Shown here: piece after piece, positions 30,505 through 42,500 of the stretch
Layout of the letters: each line of letters opens with the position of its first letter
How positions within the stretch are numbered: the stretch's first letter is position 1
DNA from: Klebsormidium nitens
Lineage: Eukaryota > Plantae > Klebsormidiophyceae
Reading direction: 5' to 3'
Assembly: GCA_000708835.1 (NCBI GenBank)
Contig: DF237241.1
Location: 1 to 64,000 of the forward strand
Length of the DNA: 64,000 nt
The notes under the pieces: model-generated
The model's input: the letters and a program-made list of their open reading frames with translations, nothing else
What the model was told of the DNA's origin: nothing
Databases searched by the model: none
Made by a program: the position numbers and the translations under genes

Positions 30505-33500
30505 CTAGTCGAGCAACGTGGGGCTGTCTGAGGAGTCCGGGTAGTTTGAGCGCGACCTGGTCGAGCGCCCCTCCTCCTTAAGCGTCTCCACTTCAAACGC
30601 CTCATCTATTGGGTCAAAGCCCCCTCCCTCAATCTCGGCCAACTTCTCGACCTCCGAGGACCCGACTTCGGACATTTCAGCAGTGATGTCCTCAAGATTG
30701 GACAGTTCCGCCAGCTGCTCCACAGGGTTTGGCGCAGAGAACATCGTCGAGATCTGGGGCATGGCGGCACGCAGCGGTGGCGCCATCGTAGGTGACCCGA
30801 AAGACAGAGACAGCCCGAGCATCGACGAGAGGAGCACAGAGGCGCCGGCCGCGTTCATGGCCTTCCTCGCGGTCTGCTCGGTCTCGGGGTCGGGGGTGAT
30901 TTCGTCATCGTCGTCAGAATCAACGTCCGCCTGCGCTTTGGCGTCGCCCTTTGCGTCCTTGTCCTGGATTGCGAGAAGGGAATGGTGTCAGGCAGTGAAG
31001 GGGTACATCGGTTGTTTAGACGGCTGAGTGTTCAGAGTTTCCTTCACATGGTTGTCAGAAACAATGGCCCACTGTATTCAGCATAGTACTCTCAGCAGAG
31101 CTTCTACTTGATCTCAAGAACTCTGGCCGTTGAGACCTCCTTCTCAGGGCTTGTAGCCAAGATTTCCTCAAAACCAAGGAAAGGAAGAGGATAACGAAAA
31201 GACAGAAAGAAGAACATTCATGAAAACGGCAGGGACTGAAGATGCAGATTGTCCGACTTCGTTCTCAAATACCCCAGATCCGAAAACAGGTGCTTTGGTG
31301 CAAGGAGACAAAAATGTGCCACGTGTCCTTTCTGTCGGGCACCCTCTCACCTTGCGCTGCACGGCCACCGTCAGGCTGGCAATCTTGGCGAGCTGCTTGC
31401 CGACGGACGGCTCGTCGTCGGAGTCAGAACCGTAACCGCGCCTGTCGTTGCCCGCCTGGACTGTGCGTGCATCGGCCAGCTGCTTGACCAGATAGGCGGC
31501 CTGTAGCAGGATGTATTCAGGTTGAGAAAAGACGTATGGTAGGTTTCGGGTCTGATTGCGAACTTCGTCTTTTACGATCAAAAAATGTCTGGACAACCAC
31601 CCATTCAATCATCCGCTCTTCTGCAGACGCCAACATATTGAACCCGACACTGCACTGTCTGCGAAACAATTTCGATTGCCAAGGAAACAGACTATCGTTG
31701 GGACGCTTTTCGTCGCTCGCCAAGACACCAATGATCTTTGCTGGTCTTCAGGAGGAGAACAACCAAGTTTCATTTGGAAAAACCAAACCCTTCATCGACA
31801 TCTCCCCTGATCGATGAATCCTCGGGGGAAGACGGGCACATAATCTTCAGAGAGGGACTTCAGCAGATGTCGCGGCCTCACCTCCTTCTGCATCTGCGCC
31901 AGCGACTGCGTCAGCTCGGCCAGCTCCTTCTCCTTGGTCTCGAGCAGCTCCGCGCGCTTTGACTTGGCGCGGTGCAGCGCCATGTTGTCCACCTTCAGGT
32001 TGAACAGCTGCAGCAAAAGACAAGCGTGCTCCGGTCAGCGCACACGTCACAGGGGGGGTGGAAAAGCAACAAGAAAAACCCCGTTAGAAACCGTATTCAA
32101 ATGCTGCATATTGGAAGGCTGGACAGCTGCAGCAGAAACAAAGAAGCTTGTTCCGGTCAGTACATGTATATTCGAGCGGCTGACGGAAGTAGTTGCGACA
32201 CTGCATTACAGTCACCAGAAACGTTGCAATCTAACGGAAGCATCGCAGTATGACTAAATCGTTGCAACTCTGAGATGACAATTGCGATTGAAGAGAAAGC
32301 GCTGCAATCAAGCAGCGTTGCATCCGACCAGCGACCAGAATATTACTGCAAACACGAAAAAGCGCTGCAAACCGAGTCGACTGACCTGTTTCTTGAGCTC
32401 CGTCTGGTCGCCGCGAAGGGAGCGCTCCTCGGTCTGGATGGCCCTCAGAACCCCCTCGAGGTAGCCTGCCTTGTCGGCCAGCTCGCCCTTGGAGGACATC
32501 ACCTCCTCCAGCTCCGTGGAGAGCTTCTCGCCCTGTCAGAAACGAACGGAAGAGCCGTTAGGGTCGTACGAAATTCAGCTTTCGAAGGCACAATTGCATA
32601 CACAAGCACCAATGTGGAGAAAGGCGCGCAAGGGTGTGAAAGATGAAGCAGCCTGAAAGACGACAGCAGTGGAACGCCTATATCTTCTTCTCTTTCTCTC
32701 TCGTTTTCACAAAACCGGACACGATCTGTCTGCACGTACGAGTGGTCGAACCAGTCCCAAAAACACAACGAATCTAAGGACGAACGAAAAGCAACCTCTG
32801 AGAGGACACAAGAATCCCGCAGCAAGGGGCAAACTCCGCTCGCTTACCTTCGCCTCAAGGTCCTGGACTCGGCCGTCGAGCATCGCCTTGGTTGCACGGA
32901 TGTGGCTCAGGTCCAGATCCTGTGACAAGACCCTGCTGCGGAACTCGCCGCCCTCGGCCTCGAGGCGCGCCACCTCGTCCTCCAGCCGCGAGATCAGCGA
33001 GAGCGCCTCCTGCAGGCTCTTCTCCTGCACGATCACACACAAAGAGTTCAGCTCTCGTGCGGTTACCTAACAGGTTAGGCTCTTGAACCACTGAGTCATG
33101 AAGGTGGATTCGGCTCAGAATAGTTGGGAGGTGAGATCTCAAACCACTGGTGTTTTACAGGGAGATCGGCGCTCAACAGCCGGGCCGATAGTGTGTAAGA
33201 GCAACGACGGGGAGTGGACAGAAGTGCTACGAGGGGCGACCTTGTGGTAAAAAGCGAAAGGTCAAGGCAAATTAATTCGAAGCCGACCGGATTCGAGTAC
33301 TTTGAAAGGCCAACAGCCAGCAACGGGCCAAGAACAGAAGTAGAAGCCTTTCGAAACGGTTCAAACGACTGTAATGTTGCATAAGAGAAAGATGAGGACA
33401 ACCAGGGCATGCAATGACAAACGCTTTCAGGAAGACGGCTCAAGGGGCACATACCGGCGCTTCTATCCCCTTAAAACGTTCCATGACAATGAAAAACCTG

Positions 33501-36500
33501 CAAGCACTCAATCCGCAGTGTGAAAGCTCACCTCCTGCTGCTGGACGGACTCCGAGAGCGAGACAAGCCCAGCCCACTGTTTCTCTGACTGGTTGGCAGA
33601 CTCTTGGTCGTCCATGGCCGTCTGCGCGTCCTCCCGCATGAGGGTAAGTTGGGCAATCTGCAAAAGAAAGACACCGGCTCCTGAGGATCTGCCTACTTTG
33701 CAATAATCAAGACTTGCTAAAGACGGCGTTGTTCTCCGGTGTCAAGGCTCAGTGAACGTCGTGTTGCTGGCAAGCAAGGACTGTCGGGGTCCGGAGCTGT
33801 GGCGATTTGAGAGAAATGCACGATTTCCCGGAAGGGAAGAACTTGATGACAGCTGGCAAGCTTACCTCGTTTTGCGCTGCCGCAAGCGCCTGCTCCACTT
33901 CTGCCAGCTCGCGCTCCTTGCTTGCGAGGATCTCTGAGCGCTTCACCTTGGTCCGGTTCATCGCAGAGTTGTCCATCTTCAGATTGAACACCTGCAGCAA
34001 CAAGAGTCCCAAGCAGCCGTTGAAAAACCGAGGCAAACCCAGAGTGACGCCCAAAAAAGCAGAAAGTCGGCAGACGTCCATAGAGCAATCAGGGGCAGAA
34101 CTCCGAACCAACTTTCGTATCGTTTAGCAAGCGAATGAGGGCCCAGGGAAGCATTCAACGCATCTGAGAGCCTTGCTGAGAGGTTCTTTGAACGGCTGAA
34201 ACTGGACTTCGCAAGGACCAAAGTGTTGCACACCATATTAGACCCTGGGCAAGAAACGCACGAGTACTTTCTGTGAACAGAGGTATTGGAGAAGTCCAGT
34301 GTCTTTGCAGTGAGGTTGTCACAGACAGCAAGGCGTACTTTTCCGCATGACAACCTGACAAGAGAAACAGGTTTTGATCGTTCCTTTAAGTTCCAACAGT
34401 GCACTGGTGTCGATCTCACCTGCCGCTTGAGCACGGACTGGTTCTGGCGAAGAGCGCGCTCCTCCTTCTGCGCGTCCTTCAGCGCAGTAGTGAGGGTCTC
34501 CACCTTCTCCTCCAGCTCACCCTTGGAAGTCAGGGCCTCCCCAAGAGCCGCCTGGAGCAGCTCACCCTGCAAGACAAAAAAAGAAGAGGCTTGGTTCCTA
34601 TTCCAGGACTTCACATGGTCCAGGGCCAAGGTGGAACTGTACACTGTTCGCTGCACATCAGCCACTGTCTTAAATCAAGAACTGGTAGCTTCCCAGTTCG
34701 TTAGGAATCCAGACAACAGGGTTGTTGTGGGCTTAACCTTACTTGTAAACCATATAGAAGCACAATCAGTACGTCAAGTGGAGGGTAGATGTAACAGGTT
34801 GGATGTTTTGAGCCATCTTCCTTAAGCACAAAATGTACTTGTGACTCAACAGCATGCGCAGTGGGACGGGTCAGCGTGCACCAATAACAATCTGATTCTA
34901 ACAGCACTGGGAACAAAACAACAAACTACACTCGTCAAGCAAAAAACAGAAGCCCCGAAGCCTGGGCTACGTAGCGGGATTCCCCCGCTCACCTGTGCCT
35001 CAAGAGATTCAACCCGGTCGCCCAGGATCGCCTTTGTTGCGTTGGCGTGGCACAGGTCGAACTCGTGGCGCAGGAGGTTGGTGCGCAGCATGTCCCGCTC
35101 CCTCTCGAGGCGCTCGCCGCCTGTCTCTAGCTGCTCGATCAGAGACAGTGCCTCTGACAGGCTCGTGTCCTGCAATATCAAACAGGACTTGAGCTGCCAG
35201 CGCAGGACCAACTTCGTGATTGACCAGCTAACCAAGGACTGTTTCCAGGACTGTTCTACACAGTCGGATCAAGGCCGTAGCAAATCATTTAGTGTGCAAC
35301 TGAGGTCGTCAAAACGAGCCCAGGCAAAGTTCTCAAAGAAGGAATGGATGGCAAACCGGCTATGGAGAATTTGCCATGCAGCCTGCTAACAAAGACATTG
35401 TACCGCGCGTAATTGACGACAAAAGTTGGAACACTGGGACATAGCAAGCACTACCTTTTATGACACAAGATCAAGACCTGTCAGAAAAAGTCTTGTGGCT
35501 TTGTTGCGCAACTTTAACTCTCGGCACTTCTTGAAAATTTGGAAACAAAAGAGTACGGCGAAACAAACATTTCCAGAAAAATCTGCAGCAGACGGAGAGT
35601 AAACAGCACCCGCTCACCCGAACTTGAGCAACCTCGTCGTACGACGCAATCATGCGCTCAAGGTCGTCGACCTTCTCGGCAAGGATCGACTTCGTGTGGC
35701 GCTCGTGGCCGAGGTCGAAGTCTGACTTCAGCATGTTGAACTGCAGAGCGCCGCCCTCTGCCCGCAGGCGCTCCAGCTCGCTGTTAGAAATCTCCGCCTC
35801 CGCGAGGGCTTCCTTCAGCTTCTCCAGCTGCGGGGTGGAAAGAGGATGGTCAATGCTCCAGGAAAACGCGTTTCCCAATCCTGAGATTGTCCCAGAACAG
35901 AGTTGACAATGGGCGGAATTCTTCATCACCACCTCACCACCACTGGCACCACCGACAGGGGCGGTCACGGCCTGCTTTCACGGCCACTCGAAAAACCTGG
36001 TCGACGCGAAAACGGGGATGCAAAACGTCACGAAGAGCAGATGGGAGCAGAGAAAGCGGCAGCAAAAGGACCTCGAAATAAGAGGGCATGATTCGTCCGG
36101 CAACTTGCAAAACCAGCGCAGCACTTGGTCTCTCACCCGCTCGCGTGCGGTCACATCCAGGTCTTCAACAGAGCGCTCGAGGAACAGCACTTTGTCGTCC
36201 AGGATCGCCTTCAGCGCTTGCGTGTGGGCCAGGTCGAAGTCCTTGCGCAGGAGCTGGGTCTGGAGCATGCCCTCCTTCGCCTCGAGCCAATCCACGTGAG
36301 ACTCCAGCTCAGTGTTGGCAGAGCGGGCAGCCTTCAGCTTTGCGCCCTGCAAGGTGGTAGAATATGACCGTGAGATTCGAAATTCAGGATGGAATTCGCA
36401 GTTTGAAACCCCCCGGACTTAGCATTTGGCACGGGGTTTAAATGACACTGCTGAGCATTGAGCTGATTCGGTTGTCTCTGCCATCCGTTTTGCGACCAGC

Positions 36501-39500
36501 CAGGCTCGTCAACTCCGTAGGAAAAAGAGCCTCCTTAAACCAAAGTGTGCCAAAACACTCCCAAGTCTGTCAGACCTTCCTGACAAGAACGAATCAACAC
36601 TCGGATCAACATAAAAACAATGTTCAGATGAACATATTGCTTCTCCGACCCACTAAGCGGCAAACCCGTTGAACTCACCAGGTCGTCGTGAGCGGCGATG
36701 ACGCGCTCCAGATCCTCCACCTTGTCGTGCAGGATCGACTTCAGAGAGCGGGTGTTGGTCAGGTCGAAGTCCTGCAGCAGCAGCTTGGTCTTGAGGTCGC
36801 CGCCCTCCGCCTCGAGGCGCGCAACACGGGCTTCCAGCTGGGCCTCCGAGTCGTAGGCCGCCTTCAGCTTAGTGCCCTGCAAAGGGAGGTCACAAACATA
36901 AATGAAAGTGCAAGCCGCTGAGAAAGCGAACAAAAGGATAACACGGATGAGACCACTCAAGTTCAAGGGACTCAGGTTGTGATTGATCGCAGTGCTTGCT
37001 GCTTCCGAACACAATCTCAAAAGCACTGTGCGAGAAAGATTGTCTGAGAGACAAAGAACCTGCGGCACTTTCCATGTGCTGTCGGGCGCGGTTTCGACTG
37101 TGTGGGCTGGACAGAACCCGGCAAGCTTCTCAGCGTAAGGCAAGACGAAACAAGAAGTATCAGTATATTGTTCAAACGAAGTCGCACTTACCAGGTCGTC
37201 GTGGGCCGCAATCACGCGCTCCAGGTCTTGCACCTTGTCATCCAGCATCGCCTTCATGGCCTCAGTGTGGGTCAGGTCGAAGTCTTTGAACAACAGCTGC
37301 GTCTGGAGATCCCCTTTCTCCGACGCAATCTGCTCCACCTCGGCCTGCAGCACGGCGTTCGCCTGCTGGACCTCCGCCAGCTTCTCGACCTGCACAACGT
37401 TTTAACCTGTCTCAGGAGACAGAAAAGGGCAGCGGACAACGTTTTTGACTATCTGAAGTGCCAGAAAGGTGCAGCGTACGCCGTTTTGGACTGTCTCAGG
37501 TGCCAGGACCGTGAAGCGGCCAATCGTGTGTGCAAGGCAACGTGATTGGAATCCGGCCCAGACTTCCAAAGGTACCGAGTAGATTGCTCAAGTGAACGGA
37601 CGTGAACGCAGTCTGTTTAAGCCTTACTATATTCCGAAGCCAGGGATACAAACTCTTTCGATCGAGAAAGTGAGCAAAACGGTTTCCCTTCCATCAGACA
37701 CAGAGCCGAACAAGGTCGATTCAAGGGCAGAAGCAACAGTGTCTTGCCTCCAGAACAGACACTCTTCTAAACTCACCATCTCGTCGTGGGCAGCGATCAC
37801 GCGCTCCAGGTCGTTGACCTTGTCGTCCAGGATGGCCTTCAGCGCGCGCATGTGGCTCAGGTCAAAGTCCTTCGAGAGCGCTTGGGTGCGGTAGAAGTTC
37901 CCCTCCTCCCCGAGGCGCTCCACCTCAGCGACCAGCTCGGCGTTTGTGGACTGCGAAGCCCTCAGTTGTGTGCCCTGCATTTGAGAATACCCTGTTAGCC
38001 AGGAGCTCTTTGCAAGTGAATAAGGTTGCAAAGACAGCTTACAGATGGTGACCGCCAGTTTCGAACCGTGAGAAAGTCAATACGGACCCGATGAGCTCCA
38101 AAAGCCGAGGGCACACAATCGTGCAACATACTCCTTCCAACAAGACACCCAGACGCGCTTTTCTGATATGCTACACACCAGGCCGGCCAGCAACGGCTCA
38201 ATCTATGAGACACCTTTCCCAGCACTCACCAGGTCGTCGTGGTCTGCGATTGTGCGCTCCAGGTCCTCCACCTTCTGGTTCAGGATGCTCTTCATGGCGT
38301 GAATGTGCGTGATGTCGAAGTCCTTGCTCAGCAGCTTGGTCTGCATCGTGCTGCGCTCCGCCTCCAGGTGCGCCACCTGAGCGTTCAGCTCCTCCATGGT
38401 GTAGTTGGCGGCCTTCAGCTGCGCGGTCTGCACAAGGTTCATGACAGGGTTAGGAAACCGGTCTGTTTTCGCCCTGCGCATCTTCAACTGCTTTCTAATT
38501 ACAGGAAAGAGAGTGCCTTATAGTCGTAGCGCCTGGAAGCAGCGCTCTCTTTCTCGACCAGACAACAACCGGGCGAACACCAGGCACTAGGAGACACTGA
38601 CCTGCAAGAAGCACAGGTCAACAAGGGAACAGCTGGAGACAAACCCCGAACTCACCATGTCGTCATGCTCCGCAATGACTTTCTCGAGGTCGGCGCACCG
38701 CTCGGCGAAGATGGCCTTCATTGCACGCGTGTGCGTCAGGTCGAAGTCCTGGCGCAGCATCTGGGTCCTGAGACTGTCGCCCTCCTCCTTGAGGTTCCCA
38801 ACCTCGGCTTGGAGCTCCGCGTTGGAAGAGTAGGCAGCGCGCAGCTTCGCACCCTGCACGTGCAACGACATTGATTCAATTGACATCCGGAACTGTTGGC
38901 TAGATCGGAGCTCTTGGTTGAGCGCGCAGCCACACTACCTGAACGAGCATCTTGAAGTTGCGGACAGCAGACTGGAAACAAAGAATTCGACTTAGCGTCT
39001 CCGAGAGCAATTTGATTAGTTGCGAATCTTTCTTAGGTGGTCGAACCGGAACTGCCCGAATCAGAACACTTGATCAAGTCCGTTTCAGTATCCAGAACCA
39101 ATGCTTGATGAAATCAGCCCAGATCACTACGGCTTGCAGCTAACAACGTTCGTTTCTTCAGTGTAACTGTACTTGCAGACCAACTTACCAGGTCCTCGTG
39201 AGCCTCAATCGCGCGCTCCAGGTCTTGCACGCGTTCGCCCAGCATTCCCTTCAGAGCGTCGGCGTGGGTGAGGTCAAAGTCCTTCATCAGCACTTGGGTG
39301 CGGAGGGAGCCTCCCTCCTTCACAAGGTGCTCCATCTCCGCTTCCAGCTCAGCGTTCGTAGAAAGGGCGGCCTTCAGCTTCGCGCCCTGCAAGTTGATAG
39401 ATACGGTTTAGTCAAAGAGGGTTTGACGCCTGATTGGGGTGCTCCAACAGATCGCTAGGAGCACAATCAACAGTCAGGAGGGAAACGCAAACACAAGCTT

Positions 39501-42500
39501 GGTTCATATCTTGTCAGAGACTCTTCTGTTGTCCTTTCAGCGTTGGCCAGGGTCATCTTAGCCTACATCAGGCCAAGAATCAACGGATTCTGTATTCATG
39601 ACCAGTGGAATCTGATGCATGACATGCCACAACGTAGGGGCAGAATCACAAAGCCACTGCAAATCCAACACCAATCTGCTGCACCTGAACTGCTACAAAG
39701 CGTCCAGTCTGCACATCCTGGCACTCACGGCATCGTCATGTTCTGCAATTGTGCGCTCGAGGTCGTCCACCCTCTCATCGAGGAGCCTCTTCAGGGCGAC
39801 AGCATGGGCGATGTCGAAATCCCGGCGCAGGAGTTGAGTCCTGAACTCGTCTCCCTCCTCCATCATGCGCACCGCTTCAGCCTCTAGGGTGATGTTGGAG
39901 GCAAGGGCAGCTGCCAGCTTCTCATCCTGCATGTGGGCAAGACTTCCTTTCAGAACGTTTCGTTGCAACACTTGGCAAGTGATTGGGATCGAAAGCAAAG
40001 TTGTCAGCATGGTCTATTAGAAGAAGAGCGAAGTCTGAATGAAACAGCTGAGCAGAGTCAAACCCTTCTCAATCCTCGTGACTCTCCGAAAGCAACAACA
40101 ATCAAAACCACGTACCAGAAACTCTTGGGATAAGTACGAAAAAATCTCCGTTTACTCCCACTTACCCGTGCCTGAGACCTCTGGGCGTCAGCCTGGATCA
40201 GGCGCTCAAGGTCGTCCACCCTCTCCCCATAGACCCTCCTCCCTGCGCTCACATGCGCCAGATCGAGGCTCAAGCACAGCACCTTCTCCTTGAGAGCGGT
40301 CCCCTCTTCTTGCACTATCGCCATGCCAGCCTCCAGCACAGCGTTGGCCTCGGAGGCATCCGCAAGGGCGGTCTTCAGCATCTCGTCCTGCAGCGTGGTA
40401 AAACAAACTGAGAACTCGCTTCTTTCTCGCGTTTGCCTTTTTCTTTAACCTTGTTAGACAGGGTGACAACCCATGGCGGATTGTCAAGCCGTTGCTCCAA
40501 AACTCGCATTTTCTTTGGATGTCCTCACATTTTCTTTGGACATCCATGACAGGAAAGGTCAAGAGCATTCCACATCTCTCAAAAGGGGAAGCAGCTAAAG
40601 ACAGGGAAGAAAAAAAGATGTACTCGATCTGCTTACCTCCAAACGAGTTGCCCCGAGCTCCCGCTCAAGGTCGTCGACCTGGGCCCCAAGAATCTGCTTC
40701 GTCGCACGCGTGTGGGACAAGTCCATGTCCAAGCGCAGAACCTGCATCCGGAGAGCGGACGCCTCCTCGTTCAGGCGGTCATACTCTGCGATTGCCGCGG
40801 ACGACTCTTCGAGGGCGGCCTTCATCGTTGCAGCCTGCGAGCAAAAGGTGAAGATTGAAGCTCAGAACTTGATGCACAACAGTTTATTGGAAGTCCAAGT
40901 ATCAAACGGCTCCCTTAAAAAAGCACTGGATGGCCTGACAACAGTCTTGAAAGATTGAATCGTTGGCAAAACTGCAGTGTTTGGTATCCGTTTTGAAGTT
41001 TCTACAGAAGCGTAGCACAGCAGCTGGTGATGCTGCTGTCTCAAAATGAGTGAGACGCCCATTGAAGGACACAGGCACAAAGAGAAACGGCCGGAATTCG
41101 ATCATCAAAAATGGAACCGAAACCAACTCAGGTCCGAAACCAAGCAGGACTAGGTCAGCAGGAGCCAAGGAAGCGGTGGCTCAGAAGGTTTTTCTCTCAC
41201 CCGTTCCTGGGCCGTCTCCTCGTAAGCCGCCACAGTGCGCTCCAGTTCTTGCACCTGCTCCTCGAAAATCTTCCTCATGGCCTTGGAGTGAGTCAAGTCG
41301 AGGCTGAAGTTCATGACATTGCCCCTCAGATTCGACTGCTCCTCCTGCAGGGCTGCCACCTGCGCCTCCAGCTCAGCGTTGGCGGCGTTGGCCTTCGCAT
41401 ACGCGGCCTTCAGGGTTTCCTCCTGCAGGATTGTGCAAGAGATTGAGATGCAGATTTGTGGTCAAATTTGAGTTCTGCTCGCGACTTATCAATGTAAGGG
41501 TTGCGCGCTCAACCAGGGGGTTTGCAAGCAAGATAGAAAAAACCTGCCTGTGTGTTGGTTTCCGACCGTTGCTCAAATGTTACCAATGGATGGATGACTG
41601 GACGCGAGAAACCGATTGCGAAGATAAGATAACTGTTAGCAGGGCAGCCATTTTTCTCCCCAGCCAATCCACGGGCGCTTTGCTCGAGTCTGATGGTCAC
41701 ACAAGTGCTCTGATAAAAGTAAAAGACACACAGAAAAGAAAGTCGGAGTAAGGTACAACCCAATCTGTCTCTTCAAGTCAGAATGCTGCTGTAAGGACGC
41801 TGTATTGTGTTTGGTTGGTGAGCAACAGGAACCTGCCTCTTCACAGCATTGACCAACCTTGTAAATTCTGTAGACCTATCAGACAAAAGGTAACAACGAT
41901 CCTAACTCAACGCACTAAAAACCCTTCCAGGATGCCAAAAAAGGTTTCGTTCTCTCACCTCCTCGCGCAGTGTGTCCATGGCCTTTTCGAAATCATCCAC
42001 TCTCGCACTGAGTAACGCCTTGGTTGCACTGGCATGGGTGAGGTCAAAGTCCTTGCACAGGAGGCTGCTCCTCAGAGCGCTGGTCTCCGCAGTCAGGCGC
42101 TCTAGTTCACCAATGGCTGCTTCTGCCTCCACCAGGGCAGTTGCAACCATCTCCTCCTGCACAACGACGAAAGGAACGAAGTCTGAGCAAAATACTCAAT
42201 GATTGAAACCAGGCTCTGGACGTTGAGCTCGGCCTTCAGTACCAGACAAGCGTCTCAACCAGTTTGGTCCCTTTTCAGGGGTCTGACAGAGCAAAAGTGG
42301 CTTGTAGTGACTCCCCAACCAACCAAACAGATCGAGACTGGTTCTGCTTGCGGTTACTTTTTCCTTGTACGAATCAAAAGCACCTTCAAGATATACATTG
42401 TTCCAGATTACATAATTTACAAAACTATAATGAAGAACTGACCAGGGTTACAGAACACAAAACATCAATCCCAATTCTGTCAAACTTTCCAAGGCAAAGT

